From a candidate division WOR-3 bacterium (GTDB lineage: Bacteria > Hydrothermota > Hydrothermia > UBA1063), in NCBI GenBank assembly GCA_039803545.1, contig JBDRYS010000001.1, positions 1,866 through 65,865 of the forward strand: a stretch of 64,000 nt of DNA. The letters run 5' to 3'. Each line of letters opens with the position of its first letter. Positions within the stretch are counted from its first letter, which is position 1. This document shows positions 9,597-19,192 of this stretch, in pieces. The notes beneath the pieces are model-generated. The model saw only the letters and a list, made by a program, of their open reading frames with translations. It was not told the DNA's origin and ran no database searches. The translations under genes were made by a program, and so were the position numbers.

Positions 9597-10661
9597 TTAA
9601 GCCTTCGAATAAAATTTTCCTGGTAATTCTTGAATTAGCCCCTTGATTTCGAGCTGGAATAGAATGGATAAAAGATCGGATACTAAAAGCCCTGTTTCAG
9701 CAATTAGTTCATCGAAGTGCTTGGGTTCGTGATATATCTTCTCAAAAACAATTTTTTCAAGGTCTGTAAGGGAGTCTCCCCTCTCGGACTTTGCCTTTTT
9801 TGTTGACTCTATTCCAAAGTCCTCTAAAATGTCTTCAACGCATGTAACAGGCTTTGCGCCATCTTTAATCAATTTATTGGTCCCCGCTGAAGCTGGGGAA
9901 TTAATGGGTCCAGGTACCGCATATACCTCTTTGCCCAATTCTACAGCCCATCTGGCCGTAATTAAGGCCCCGCTTTTTTCACCGGCCTCAACAATAACGA
10001 CGCAGTCAGACATTCCCGCAATTAGCCTGTTCCTTTTTGGAAAGTTCTCCTTTAAGGGTCTTGTTCCTGGGAAAAATTCAGAAATTAAAGCCCCCGTTTG
10101 AGCGATCTTCTCGAAAAGTTTGCTATTTTCAGGAGGGTATGTCACATCAATTCCACAGCCGAGGATAGAAGTGGTCTTACCGTCCTTTTTTATTGCAGTT
10201 TGGTGTGCTACTGTATCGATTCCCCTTGCTCCACCTGAAACTATGTGAAATTTATTTTCTATGAGTTCTTCGCATAGTTTTCTGGTAACCTGAATTCCGT
10301 AGTTTGTAGGGTTTCGTGTTCCAACGATTGCAATCTTTTTCTCCTTTGGGGGTGGGAGAGTCCCTTTGTAAAATATAACGGGTGGAAAAATTTCTTTTAT
10401 TTTAAACTCTTCAGGATACTCTTGAAAGGTGAAATCGATACATTTTATGCCCCTATCTTTAAGCTGTGAAGCAATTTTTAATGAGAGTTGGAGATTAGCG
10501 CTTTTAATTTGGACTGCTAATTTTTCCGGAACTATCTCTTTGAGTTCCTTAAGGCTTGCCTCGAAGACCTTCTTCGCTGATCCAAAATGGGAAACCAGTT
10601 TTTTGTAATAAACAGGTCCCACTCCTTGAATCGAATACAGAGTATAAATATATTCCTGCAT
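9597..10661 (-). CDS. dprA: DNA processing protein DprA (Smf)
   Basis: Rossmann-like core with GGARGIDTVAHQ, N-terminal SAM-like domain, C-terminal winged helix. Confidence 0.85.
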   Translation of the reverse strand: MQEYIYTLYSIQGVGPVYYKKLVSHFGSAKKVFEASLKELKEIVPEKLAVQIKSANLQLSLKIASQLKDRGIKCIDFTFQEYPEEFKIKEIFPPVIFYKGTLPPPKEKKIAIVGTRNPTNYGIQVTRKLCEELIENKFHIVSGGARGIDTVAHQTAIKKDGKTTSILGCGIDVTYPPENSKLFEKIAQTGALISEFFPGTRPLKENFPKRNRLIAGMSDCVVIVEAGEKSGALITARWAVELGKEVYAVPGPINSPASAGTNKLIKDGAKPVTCVEDILEDFGIESTKKAKSERGDSLTDLEKIVFEKIYHEPKHFDELIAETGLLVSDLLSILFQLEIKGLIQELPGKFYSKA

Positions 10662-10663
10662 CT

Positions 10664-13141
10664 TCAGTTGGGGTAGTAACTCCAGAGGTCGACTTCTGCC
10701 AAGGCGTTTTTAAAATCTTCGTATTTGCTTAAAAGAGAGTTCCTTATGTGCCCAATTTCACTGTTTTTTATGTTCTTTGTAATCTCGTAAAAAGCCAAAG
10801 CATTGAGGGCATTCATACTGACTAACTCCTTAATCTCTTTTGTGTCTGCTTGGTAATTATCATTTTGTAGCATTTTGAGTAGTATCTCAAATAGCCTCTT
10901 CCGTGTGAAAATATATTCGCTCTTCGTCTCAACTGCTTCCAGAAGGGTTCTGGCCTCATCAACCTCATTGTTTTTCAAAAGATTTTGAATTAATGCAAGC
11001 AACATCAAATTGGCTTTGTAAATATTCCCTCTCTTTTTTTCGTTGTTAATCTCTTGTTTTGTAAAGATTAGGCCCTCTTTTGTAGAACCAGACTTGACCT
11101 GCAAAAGCCCAAGGTAAAAACGGTAGGGGTAGTTCGTTTTGGGGTTTATGTTTAGAATATCATCGATTGAAAACCTTATAAAGCTTTCAGCACTACGCGG
11201 TGGCAGTAGGTAGAGGTATATTTTCCCTATCTCTTCGAGCAATGTTTCTTTTAAGTGCTTGTTTTTGATTTCATTCAGCGACCACAACACGTTTTCGATG
11301 TGGGTTAGTGCATCGTGGAATTTAAAAGCGAGGAGCAACATTTCCGCCAATTTTAATTCGAGGAATGTCGTTTTTTCTATACTTTTGGATGCCTTCAGAG
11401 CCTTCGTGTAATATTCTATAGCTTTGCTAATTTTGTTTTTGTAAAATTCACAATCGCCCAAGGTTTCAAAAATATTTACCTTTCCATTTTGAAAAGGGCC
11501 ACTAGACTTAGATTTGAATTTTTCAAGAACCATCTGAGTGTTGCATTCAAGTTTATCTGCGTTGTAATCAATTTTGAGTTTAAGCAATAGTAGTTCCTTT
11601 GATAGCCTTTTTTGTTGTGCAAGATATTCCTTGAGAAATCTTGAGACAGTCTTCGTTTCTCCAAGCTCAGTTAAAAGTTCAATTACTTTTGGAATTAATC
11701 GCTTTTGTTCCTTTGCCTCTGTTTTAAGGCCGTTAATGTAGTCAAGTGCCTTTTGGTACTCACCCATGCTAATAAAAAGATTTATAATGGTTTCGTTTAT
11801 GGATGTTTTTTGCCTTTTTGTTTTTGCAAATAATTTTGCTTTTTTTGCATGTTGATATGCTTTCTCGTATTGTTCTTTCTTTAATTCTTCGTTTATGGCC
11901 TCGTAATAGAATTTAAAGGCGTTTTTGTAATCTCCCGAAAGTTCGAAGTGCCTTGCTATTTCCCAGGTAGCAACTGGAAAACCGTTCATTTTTTTAGTAT
12001 GAAGTAACTGGGCATAATGGCCGTGGATTTTTTTAACTTCTCTCTCAGGTAAATTCAGGAGAGGATGAAATTCTACGACCGGATGGTTAGAGTGAATTTT
12101 GTTCTTTATTATTCTAATAATTCCTTTGCTGCTTAAATTTTCGATAATTTTTTCTATGTTTTGAGTTTTTACTTTTGGAAATAGTTTTATGAGGTCTATA
12201 TTGTCCACCGGCCCTGCGGAAGATAGAATTACATAAGTTACTAATTTTTCGTCTTTGCTCATTGATTCGAAAAATTTTTGCGATTTTTCAGGGTAATATT
12301 CTTCATAGGGAAACTCTGAATTCTCGTTTAAAACCCAACCCGAGTTCTCGTCCCATCTAAAAAAGTTCTTAGAGTTGAGGACTTTTAATATCCAGATGAG
12401 TTTCGAATAACTCTTCATACTTCGGTAGTAAAGAAGTTCTAAAATCTCCCGATTAACATTGGGACTTATGAAGAAAGACTGTAAGGTCTTCTGGACATCT
12501 TCGATGGTTATTGAGTCTATTTTAATGGAGGAATTGGGGTCGCTTATGAGTCTGATTTTTTTGAATCCTTTTTCGTTCCGTATTGTTAAAAAATTCCCCT
12601 TTTCTTCTTCAGCAAGGGTTACTTTGCCATTTGTAAATATCTGTATAGCCTCCACTGCAAGGAATGGATTTTCTTCAGGTAAATCAACAAAAATCTCCTT
12701 ATTATCCGAATCTATTAATTCCGCAACCTTTTTGTAACCTTCAATATTTGGAATATGGAGATGCCTCCTGTTATTGCTAATTTTTTCGTAAAACTTTTGA
12801 AACAGAAGGGCAGGAGGGCTTTCAAACTTTTTCAAGTTAAGAGTTGCGCTGTTTAGTTTTCCTCTTAGAAACTTTTTGTAGATTTCCTGTTGCCTCAATT
12901 TCATTAAAAAACTTTTAGGATCTCTTGTCAATATAAGAAGTGAGGAATTGCTGAAGATGAAAATAGCTTCCTTTCCTGAAGATGTGCTGACTTGCATTAA
13001 AGGTTTAAGGAGCTCGGCTGTTCCAATGAGTGGGTATTCTAAGTAGAGAAGGTGGACATGAGAATCTTTTGTTGAAAAGTGGGCTAAGTGAGTTAAAAAA
13101 TCAAAAAAATTAAAAGCCAATGCAAAATCAGGGTTTTCCAT
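10664..13141 (-). CDS. Large TPR-repeat protein with a degenerate STAND-NTPase-like N-terminal region; hypothetical regulator
   Basis: 825 aa, K/E-rich helical repeats in the C-terminal two thirds; no intact Walker A was found. Ends 3 nt upstream of the dprA start, so it is probably co-transcribed. Confidence 0.45.
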   Translation of the reverse strand: MENPDFALAFNFFDFLTHLAHFSTKDSHVHLLYLEYPLIGTAELLKPLMQVSTSSGKEAIFIFSNSSLLILTRDPKSFLMKLRQQEIYKKFLRGKLNSATLNLKKFESPPALLFQKFYEKISNNRRHLHIPNIEGYKKVAELIDSDNKEIFVDLPEENPFLAVEAIQIFTNGKVTLAEEEKGNFLTIRNEKGFKKIRLISDPNSSIKIDSITIEDVQKTLQSFFISPNVNREILELLYYRSMKSYSKLIWILKVLNSKNFFRWDENSGWVLNENSEFPYEEYYPEKSQKFFESMSKDEKLVTYVILSSAGPVDNIDLIKLFPKVKTQNIEKIIENLSSKGIIRIIKNKIHSNHPVVEFHPLLNLPEREVKKIHGHYAQLLHTKKMNGFPVATWEIARHFELSGDYKNAFKFYYEAINEELKKEQYEKAYQHAKKAKLFAKTKRQKTSINETIINLFISMGEYQKALDYINGLKTEAKEQKRLIPKVIELLTELGETKTVSRFLKEYLAQQKRLSKELLLLKLKIDYNADKLECNTQMVLEKFKSKSSGPFQNGKVNIFETLGDCEFYKNKISKAIEYYTKALKASKSIEKTTFLELKLAEMLLLAFKFHDALTHIENVLWSLNEIKNKHLKETLLEEIGKIYLYLLPPRSAESFIRFSIDDILNINPKTNYPYRFYLGLLQVKSGSTKEGLIFTKQEINNEKKRGNIYKANLMLLALIQNLLKNNEVDEARTLLEAVETKSEYIFTRKRLFEILLKMLQNDNYQADTKEIKELVSMNALNALAFYEITKNIKNSEIGHIRNSLLSKYEDFKNALAEVDLWSYYPN

Positions 13142-13196
13142 TTGCTAAAAGGATAAATCTTTTCCTGTAATCTTTCAAACGGACGGATTTTTAAGG

Positions 13197-13232
13197 CTTC
13201 GACAAAATTTTCCATTTCGACAATTTTGTCGA
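13197..13232 (+). promoter_or_regulatory. Putative enhancer-binding-protein (UAS) site: perfect 7-2-7 palindrome TCGACAATTTTGTCGA (13217-13232) plus upstream half-site TCGACAAAATTTT
   Basis: Seen directly in sequence, about 45 bp upstream of a sigma-54 -24 element. The motif resembles the palindrome at 32432-32450. Confidence 0.5.
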
Positions 13233-13274
13233 GAATGGACAAGGAAGATGCCTTTGAAGAACTAAAAAAGTGTT

Positions 13275-13290
13275 TGGCACAAAATTTGCA
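13275..13290 (+). promoter_or_regulatory. Sigma-54 (RpoN) -24/-12 promoter TGGCACaaaatTTGCA upstream of the 13324 gene
   Basis: Exact match to the TGGCAC-N5-TTGCA consensus, about 33 nt before the ATG, with RBS AGGAGG at 13312-13317. Confidence 0.6.
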
Positions 13291-13323
13291 GAATAATTTT
13301 TAGCACAAAACAGGAGGTGCGAA

Positions 13324-13884
13324 ATGAGGTACACCAACATAATAAAAATAGCATGGCTCCCTCTCCTTCTGGGCTTGGCCTTTGCCCAGGAGAATACAGG
13401 TACACAAAAGGACTCAACAAACAATTACCGCTACCGGGAACAGTACAGGTATCAGGAACACGTCAGGAATCAAGGGGATACGATTAAGGTAATGTCGGGT
13501 GAGAGGATAATGAATCAGGGGGATACGATACAAATTCGGACTACGAAATCTGTTAAAAATCCTGCAGTACAGAGTGAAATGACCGTTGAAAAAACTATAT
13601 CCAAAGATGGAAACACTCTCATTCAGATTGAAAAAACAGTTATCACGCCAAAGGATACTATTACCATTCAAAAGGAAGTGGGTTCAGCGAGCAGAGATAC
13701 TGTGAGGACAAGGGAACGCCAGAGGATAAGGAACGATTCTGGTTGTGATGGAACTCCAGACACGTTAAGGATTAGGGAAAGAGAACACTTGAGATTAAGG
13801 GATGGTAGCTCCTCAGGAAGCGAAGGAATTGGGACTGGTTTAGGATCCGGCGCGACGCAGAGAAGAAGTAGAAGAAGTAATTAA
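13324..13884 (+). CDS. Secreted low-complexity protein (signal peptide; NQGDTI repeats; R/E-rich tail), unknown function
   Basis: N-terminal signal peptide (WLPLLLGLAFAQ), internal short repeats, followed by a strong terminator. Confidence 0.5.
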   Translation: MRYTNIIKIAWLPLLLGLAFAQENTGTQKDSTNNYRYREQYRYQEHVRNQGDTIKVMSGERIMNQGDTIQIRTTKSVKNPAVQSEMTVEKTISKDGNTLIQIEKTVITPKDTITIQKEVGSASRDTVRTRERQRIRNDSGCDGTPDTLRIREREHLRLRDGSSSGSEGIGTGLGSGATQRRSRRSN

Positions 13885-13897
13885 TAGCCAACTCTTT

Positions 13898-13941
13898 GGG
13901 GCGCACACGGTCAAAGACCGTGTGCGCCCCCTTATAATTTT
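13898..13941 (+). terminator. Rho-independent terminator (15-bp GC-rich stem GGGGCGCACACGGTC/GACCGTGTGCGCCCC, loop AAA, T-rich tail)
   Basis: Perfect inverted repeat seen directly, 14 nt after the stop codon of the 13324-13884 gene. Confidence 0.8.
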
Positions 13942-13955
13942 AACAGGAGGTTCAA

Positions 13956-14999
13956 ATGTTAATTTTCATATTGTTTCAGTTAACTCAGCTAAACCTTAGT
14001 TTCCATAGGGGATTCGATACGAATTTGATGCTGGACACCAGTTATCTTCATGATTATTACAACGGGCTGGATCTTACCTTTGGTCACTACCCCATTGAGA
14101 AACCATGGGGATATGAATTGGCTCTTGGTGGTAGCTTTTTTGACAATTACACAAGCATGAACTTTTTAACTTTTCGTGGCAACCTGTCTTATTTTAAGGA
14201 TTTTGGAGAAGCGGGAAACTACATGGAAAGCGGGGTCGATTTTACATGGGATGTTATATCACCGTACAAATCTTTAACTATAACGCCCGGTGTTGCATCT
14301 AAAATTTATCTTGGGGAAAAGAAGATGTTTAATATTATCCCGAGCTGGGATTTAAATCTCTTGTTAGCTGACGAAAGTTATAATTTCGACAATATTCCAA
14401 AATTGAGGCTTAATGGCAATTTCTTTGGAATTTCAGCGGCACTAACAGGGATGTTAAAATGGAGGTACGGTGCAACCTATGTTGTCTCTTCAACAGGGAT
14501 AGGATATTCGCCTTACGCGGCCCGTTATACCTGGGTTACAAAAAGTCTTTCTGCGGGAAATGCCGGTATCAGATTGGGAAAAAGGTTTGGTGGCCTTCTG
14601 GGTATATTCTATGAATTTGATTATCACTTTTTGCCCACCAGCAACTTAGTAAGTGTGGATAATCTAAAACAAAGGCTTGATCCACTTAACGAGGAAGAGT
14701 TTGCGTACAGTGGAATTTCCAATACCTTTAATGTAAGTTTAATAGTTAGCAAGGTAGCAATTGATTATACCTTTGCGTTGAGTTCTAAGGATTATAGTAT
14801 TGTCGATACTACCCAATCACCTGTTTCACGCCATGACAATGTGTTGGTTCACAGCATTACTGGCAGTATTTCCCTTTTTAAAAAGAGATTTGAGGTTGGT
14901 TTATCCGGCTTTTTCCGTTACGAATCCAATACCTCAACAATGCAAGGATTTTCCTATACACGAAAAGAGGGTGGCGTTGGGCTTTATATGGGCTTATAG
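13956..14999 (+). CDS. Hypothetical outer-membrane beta-barrel-like protein
   Basis: Alternating hydrophobic/aromatic beta-strand-like pattern, rich in G/Y/S/T; no catalytic motif identified. Confidence 0.4.
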   Translation: MLIFILFQLTQLNLSFHRGFDTNLMLDTSYLHDYYNGLDLTFGHYPIEKPWGYELALGGSFFDNYTSMNFLTFRGNLSYFKDFGEAGNYMESGVDFTWDVISPYKSLTITPGVASKIYLGEKKMFNIIPSWDLNLLLADESYNFDNIPKLRLNGNFFGISAALTGMLKWRYGATYVVSSTGIGYSPYAARYTWVTKSLSAGNAGIRLGKRFGGLLGIFYEFDYHFLPTSNLVSVDNLKQRLDPLNEEEFAYSGISNTFNVSLIVSKVAIDYTFALSSKDYSIVDTTQSPVSRHDNVLVHSITGSISLFKKRFEVGLSGFFRYESNTSTMQGFSYTRKEGGVGLYMGL

Positions 15000-15002
15000 G
15001 AG

Positions 15003-15434
15003 GTGTTTATGCACTTTTTGCTTTTAGTTGTTTTAACGGTGATCCCAAAGTATTTTTACAATGTTAGTGATACTGCAACGGTTAAGGGAGAAGTACTCAG
15101 TGTTGAAAGGGAGCAGATAGAAGGAAGTGAAGTTTATCATGTTGTGTTATCTTTTAAAAGCGTTGACACCACTTTAAAAGTGGTATTGGGACCAGCCTGG
15201 TTCATTGAGGAGATACCGAGGAGAGGTGATTCCTGTGTGGTAAGTGGGTCTGTTTTTAGGACAGAAAATGGAATATACTTAATCGCGAGAAAACTGTTTA
15301 ACAGCAGAACAAAGACCTCTATGTCACTGAGGACAGAAAGTGGATTTCCTCTCTGGTATAGACAAAGAGCTTCTGAAAGGTTTATGGATCGGGCTGAAGG
15401 GGGGCAGAATAGGCAGAGGCAAAGGCAAAGGTAA
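15003..15434 (+). CDS. Small secreted/periplasmic hypothetical protein (possible OB-fold), immediately upstream of the sensor kinase
   Basis: N-terminal hydrophobic signal-like segment; C-terminal QNRQRQRQR tail; start abuts the histidine kinase gene. Confidence 0.4.
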   Translation: MFMHFLLLVVLTVIPKYFYNVSDTATVKGEVLSVEREQIEGSEVYHVVLSFKSVDTTLKVVLGPAWFIEEIPRRGDSCVVSGSVFRTENGIYLIARKLFNSRTKTSMSLRTESGFPLWYRQRASERFMDRAEGGQNRQRQRQR

Positions 15435-15437
15435 TTA

Positions 15438-16667
15438 ATGAATTTTAGAAAACTTGTTCTTGTTTTCTTCATTGATATTGTGTTAGTAGTTTCTTTTTTC
15501 GTCTATTTAGTCCAAGAACAGCAAAGGATTTTTAGGGAAGAAAGCAAAAGAGACGCTCAACTTCGATCTGTGCTTGTACGCCAGATGTTTTCCCACCTGG
15601 TAAAGAGTGGAAAAGAAATAGACGACTCACTCTTGAAAGTTGTAGTAGATTCTACAAACCTTGATTATGTTGCCCTCCTGGGAGGAAGAAAACTTCTTCA
15701 CTGGGCTTCGAAATATGAAGGTTTTTTACCCGTCGAGAGTTTTGAAGAGATAAAACCGGGTCGAGTGAGGTTGATTAAACTTCCAGATTATTCGATAGTC
15801 GAATTTTCTTTTTATTTAGATTCCACTATAGTTGTTTGTGGCTTTTCCGATGAACCTTTTTCCAAATTAACGAGGATCACTGTGTATGGTATGGCATTTT
15901 TAGTGGTAGTGTTGTTGATAATATTCGGCATTACTACGTTTTCCTTTTATTTTTTAAATCGGAAGCTCAAAGAGAGGGAGCTGGTCCTCGTCAAAGAGGA
16001 AGAAAAGGCAAAGTATTTCAGGGAACTTGCAGGATTTTCAAGCCAGGTTGCTCATGAGATAAAGAACCCTTTAAATTCAATAAGTATGGCTATACAGCTT
16101 GCCAAACAGAAAGGTTTGTCAGGAGATTTGCTGAAAATTATAGAAGATGAAACAAACAGGTTAAATTCGATAGTTAAACGCTTTTCTTCTGTTTCCAAAG
16201 GGATAGAGATGCACTTGGAAGAGGTAGATTTGACGAAAGTGGTAAGTGATGTTATCACTGATGCAAAGGTCTTTGCCACGGCATATGGGGTTAAAATAGA
16301 ATTTAATGCAAATGGGTTTTCTCAAAAGGTTAAAACGGACCCCTTATTGCTAAAACAGGCTCTTTTTAATATAATTAAAAATGCCATCGAGGCCTTTGAA
16401 GGAGTTTTTAGAGAAGAGAAAGTGGTAAAAGTCAACCTCAAAAAAGAAAAAAGGAAGGTTATTATATCCATTGAAGATAATGGTTCGGGAATGACTGATG
16501 AGGAGGTAAAGAGGGCCTTTGACTTATTTTACTCGACCAAATCTCAGGGTATGGGACTGGGTTTAAGTGTGGTGCGAAGAATTATGGATGCCCTTGGTGG
16601 AGAAGTCAGGTTGGTGAGCAAGAAAGGCGAAGGGACGAAGGTGGAGTTAATTCTTACCCATGGCTGA
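15438..16667 (+). CDS. Sensor histidine kinase (two TM helices flanking an extracytoplasmic sensor region; HisKA + HATPase_c)
   Basis: H-box FSSQVAHEIKNPLNSI; N/G boxes IIKNAIEAF, IEDNGSGM, GMGLGLSVV. Confidence 0.85.
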   Translation: MNFRKLVLVFFIDIVLVVSFFVYLVQEQQRIFREESKRDAQLRSVLVRQMFSHLVKSGKEIDDSLLKVVVDSTNLDYVALLGGRKLLHWASKYEGFLPVESFEEIKPGRVRLIKLPDYSIVEFSFYLDSTIVVCGFSDEPFSKLTRITVYGMAFLVVVLLIIFGITTFSFYFLNRKLKERELVLVKEEEKAKYFRELAGFSSQVAHEIKNPLNSISMAIQLAKQKGLSGDLLKIIEDETNRLNSIVKRFSSVSKGIEMHLEEVDLTKVVSDVITDAKVFATAYGVKIEFNANGFSQKVKTDPLLLKQALFNIIKNAIEAFEGVFREEKVVKVNLKKEKRKVIISIEDNGSGMTDEEVKRAFDLFYSTKSQGMGLGLSVVRRIMDALGGEVRLVSKKGEGTKVELILTHG

Positions 16668-18039
16668 GGAATATACAATTTTAGTCGTCGAAGACGAAGA
16701 AAATGCGCGTAAACTCCTTCTGGAATATTTAGGGAATAACGGATATAAAGTTTTTGGCTGTGCCACCGGCGAGGAGGCACTTCAATTTTGCAGGGAAAAT
16801 TTTGTCGATTTTGCACTGCTCGATATAAGGCTACCCGGAGTGAGCGGGATAGATCTCATTCCAAAGCTTAAGGAAACAAATCCCCTTATAAAGGTCATAA
16901 TGGTTACTGCCCTTGGTGATGTAGATTTGGTTGTAAGGGCTATGTCTATGGGCGCTTCAGATTACGTGGTTAAACCCGTAAACCTTGAAAAACTGTTAGC
17001 AAAAATCGAGGAGATAAAGCCCAAACATATTGAGGAAGTGGAATTAAAGGCTATCAAAGATATCTCTGAACTTCACCTCCCTGAGTTTGTATACGCATCT
17101 GACAAGATGAAGAAAGTGCTTTATTATGTAGTGAGAGCAGCCCGATCCAATGCGCCCTGTTTGATAACAGGTGAAACGGGTACAGGAAAGACTGCCCTTG
17201 CACGAATTATCCATTCCCTTTCTTCGAGGAGAGACGGCCCCTTTGTGGATGTTCATTTACAATCTATACCTGAGACCCTCATTGAAAGTGAACTTTTCGG
17301 ATATGAAAAGGGAGCCTTTACCGGTGCCGATAAGAGCTACGAGGGGCTTATAGTAAGGGCTCAAGGAGGCACCCTTTTCCTTGATGAAATCGGGGAGCTC
17401 AAAAGAGAAATGCAGGTAAAATTGCTTAAGGTGATTGAAGAAAAAATGGTTAGACCGGTAGGTGGAACGCAGCCCAAAAAGGTGGATTTTCGTTTAATTA
17501 CTGCAACTAACAGGGATATTAAAAAAGAAGTCAAACAGGGCACTTTTCGAGAGGATCTTTACTATCGAATCAATGTGATTGAAATTGCTGTTCCACCCCT
17601 AAGGGAGCGGAGGGAGGATATTCCTGTTTTATTGGATTATTTTCTCAAGAAATACAGTAAATCAGAAGGAAAAGAAATAAAGGGCTTTTCAAAGGAGGCG
17701 CTAAAATACCTTTTAAGGTATCACTACCCTGGCAATGTTAGAGAGTTGAGCAATATTGTGGAGAGAGCAACCGTAATGGCTACCAAAAACGTAATAGACG
17801 TGAGTGATTTACCTGAAGAAGTTGTGAGAAGTAGTGCTGCTCATAGCAAATTTGTTTCAGGCGGTGTAACTACTTTGCCAGAGGTCTTAAAGGAGATCGA
17901 AAAGAATATGATCCTTGAAGCTCTAAAGGAGGAAAATTTTGTAAAATTAAGGGCAGCGAAGAAACTTGGGATTTCAGAACGTGTTCTAAGGTATAAAATG
18001 AAGTTATATGGAATTGAAGATGGAAAGGGCGATAGTTAA
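16660..18039 (+). CDS. Sigma-54-dependent response regulator (NtrC family: receiver + AAA+ sigma-54 activator + Fis-type HTH)
   Basis: Receiver (LLDIRLPGVSGIDL), Walker A GETGTGKT, GAFTGA sigma-54 contact motif, ESELFGYEKGAFTGA, C-terminal HTH (KLRAAKKLGISERVLRYKMK). Confidence 0.9.
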   Translation: MAEEYTILVVEDEENARKLLLEYLGNNGYKVFGCATGEEALQFCRENFVDFALLDIRLPGVSGIDLIPKLKETNPLIKVIMVTALGDVDLVVRAMSMGASDYVVKPVNLEKLLAKIEEIKPKHIEEVELKAIKDISELHLPEFVYASDKMKKVLYYVVRAARSNAPCLITGETGTGKTALARIIHSLSSRRDGPFVDVHLQSIPETLIESELFGYEKGAFTGADKSYEGLIVRAQGGTLFLDEIGELKREMQVKLLKVIEEKMVRPVGGTQPKKVDFRLITATNRDIKKEVKQGTFREDLYYRINVIEIAVPPLRERREDIPVLLDYFLKKYSKSEGKEIKGFSKEALKYLLRYHYPGNVRELSNIVERATVMATKNVIDVSDLPEEVVRSSAAHSKFVSGGVTTLPEVLKEIEKNMILEALKEENFVKLRAAKKLGISERVLRYKMKLYGIEDGKGDS

Positions 18040-19192
18040 GGGGAACCCCATCCAAATGTCCAATCATCCGTGGGTATACTCAGGCAATATCTTATCATGC
18101 AACGCACCCAAGGGCGCCTGTGTGGAGGTTTATTCAAGAAAGGGTGTATTTCTGGGATCGGCTATTTACAATCCTGATTCTTCTATCGCTCTAAGGTTTT
18201 ATTCCCGGGAAAGGGAAGAACTCAGTTATTTGTTCATTAAGGAAAAACTCATAGTGGCTGATAAAAAACGGAGAAAGCACTTTAATAAGCCTTATTATAG
18301 AGTTGCCTTCAGTGAGAGCGATGATTTGCCCGGTCTAATAGTTGATCGATATGGAGATGGCTTTGTTTTTCAAATAAATTCTTACGGGATGGAGGTAAGG
18401 CGGGAAGAGGTTATTAAGGCCATCTTTGATGCCTTTTCCCCTTCTTTCATTGTAGAAAAGAGCGAGGGGCACGCAAGAAAAGTCGAAGGTCTAAAGGAGA
18501 AGACAGAAGTTGTTGTAAATAAGGCATCTTATAATTTGTCAAGAATTATTGTGGAGGAGGACGGCCTTAAATTCTATGTAGACCTTATAAATGGTCAAAA
18601 GACTGGTTTCTTTTACGACCAGAGATACAATCGCGCCTTAATTGAAGATAGTTTGAAGGGAAATTATGTTCTGGATCTCTTTTCATACATAGGTGCCTTT
18701 TCTCTAAGGGCTCTAAGAAAGGGTAAAAAGGTATTTGCCATTGATATTTCAGAGGAGTCGATCGCTTTATTAAAAGAGAACGTAAAGCTGAACGGGCTCC
18801 CCGAGGAAAATTTAGTTTGTGAGGTGAAGGATGCCTTTGAATTCTATAAAGAAATTGCCACTTTAAAGATGAAGTTTGACTTTGTCATCGTTGATCCGCC
18901 TTCCGTTGTTAGGCGTGCATCGGACCTTGAAAATGCCTTAAAATCATATATAACGCTACTAAATGGAGTTTTTAGCATGTTAGAAAAGGGTGGTGTTGTA
19001 GCTGTTTTTTCTTGCAGTAATCATATTAAATGGGAGCATTTATACTCTGTAGCCCAGAGAAGCACTGGGTTAAGCCAGAGGAATTTCAGAGTAGTGAGGC
19101 TTTTAAATCAGGATTTCAGGGATCATATAGTACCTGTGAATTTTCCCGAAGCAGAATATTTAAGGGGTTTTCTTTTAGAGGAGGATTTGTAG
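18008..19192 (+). CDS. Class I SAM-dependent rRNA methyltransferase with N-terminal PUA-like domain (RlmI/RlmK-like)
   Basis: SAM-binding VLDLFSYIGAFSL and IVDPPS motif; domain order resembles 23S rRNA m5C1962 methyltransferases. Confidence 0.7.
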   Translation: MELKMERAIVKGNPIQMSNHPWVYSGNILSCNAPKGACVEVYSRKGVFLGSAIYNPDSSIALRFYSREREELSYLFIKEKLIVADKKRRKHFNKPYYRVAFSESDDLPGLIVDRYGDGFVFQINSYGMEVRREEVIKAIFDAFSPSFIVEKSEGHARKVEGLKEKTEVVVNKASYNLSRIIVEEDGLKFYVDLINGQKTGFFYDQRYNRALIEDSLKGNYVLDLFSYIGAFSLRALRKGKKVFAIDISEESIALLKENVKLNGLPEENLVCEVKDAFEFYKEIATLKMKFDFVIVDPPSVVRRASDLENALKSYITLLNGVFSMLEKGGVVAVFSCSNHIKWEHLYSVAQRSTGLSQRNFRVVRLLNQDFRDHIVPVNFPEAEYLRGFLLEEDL

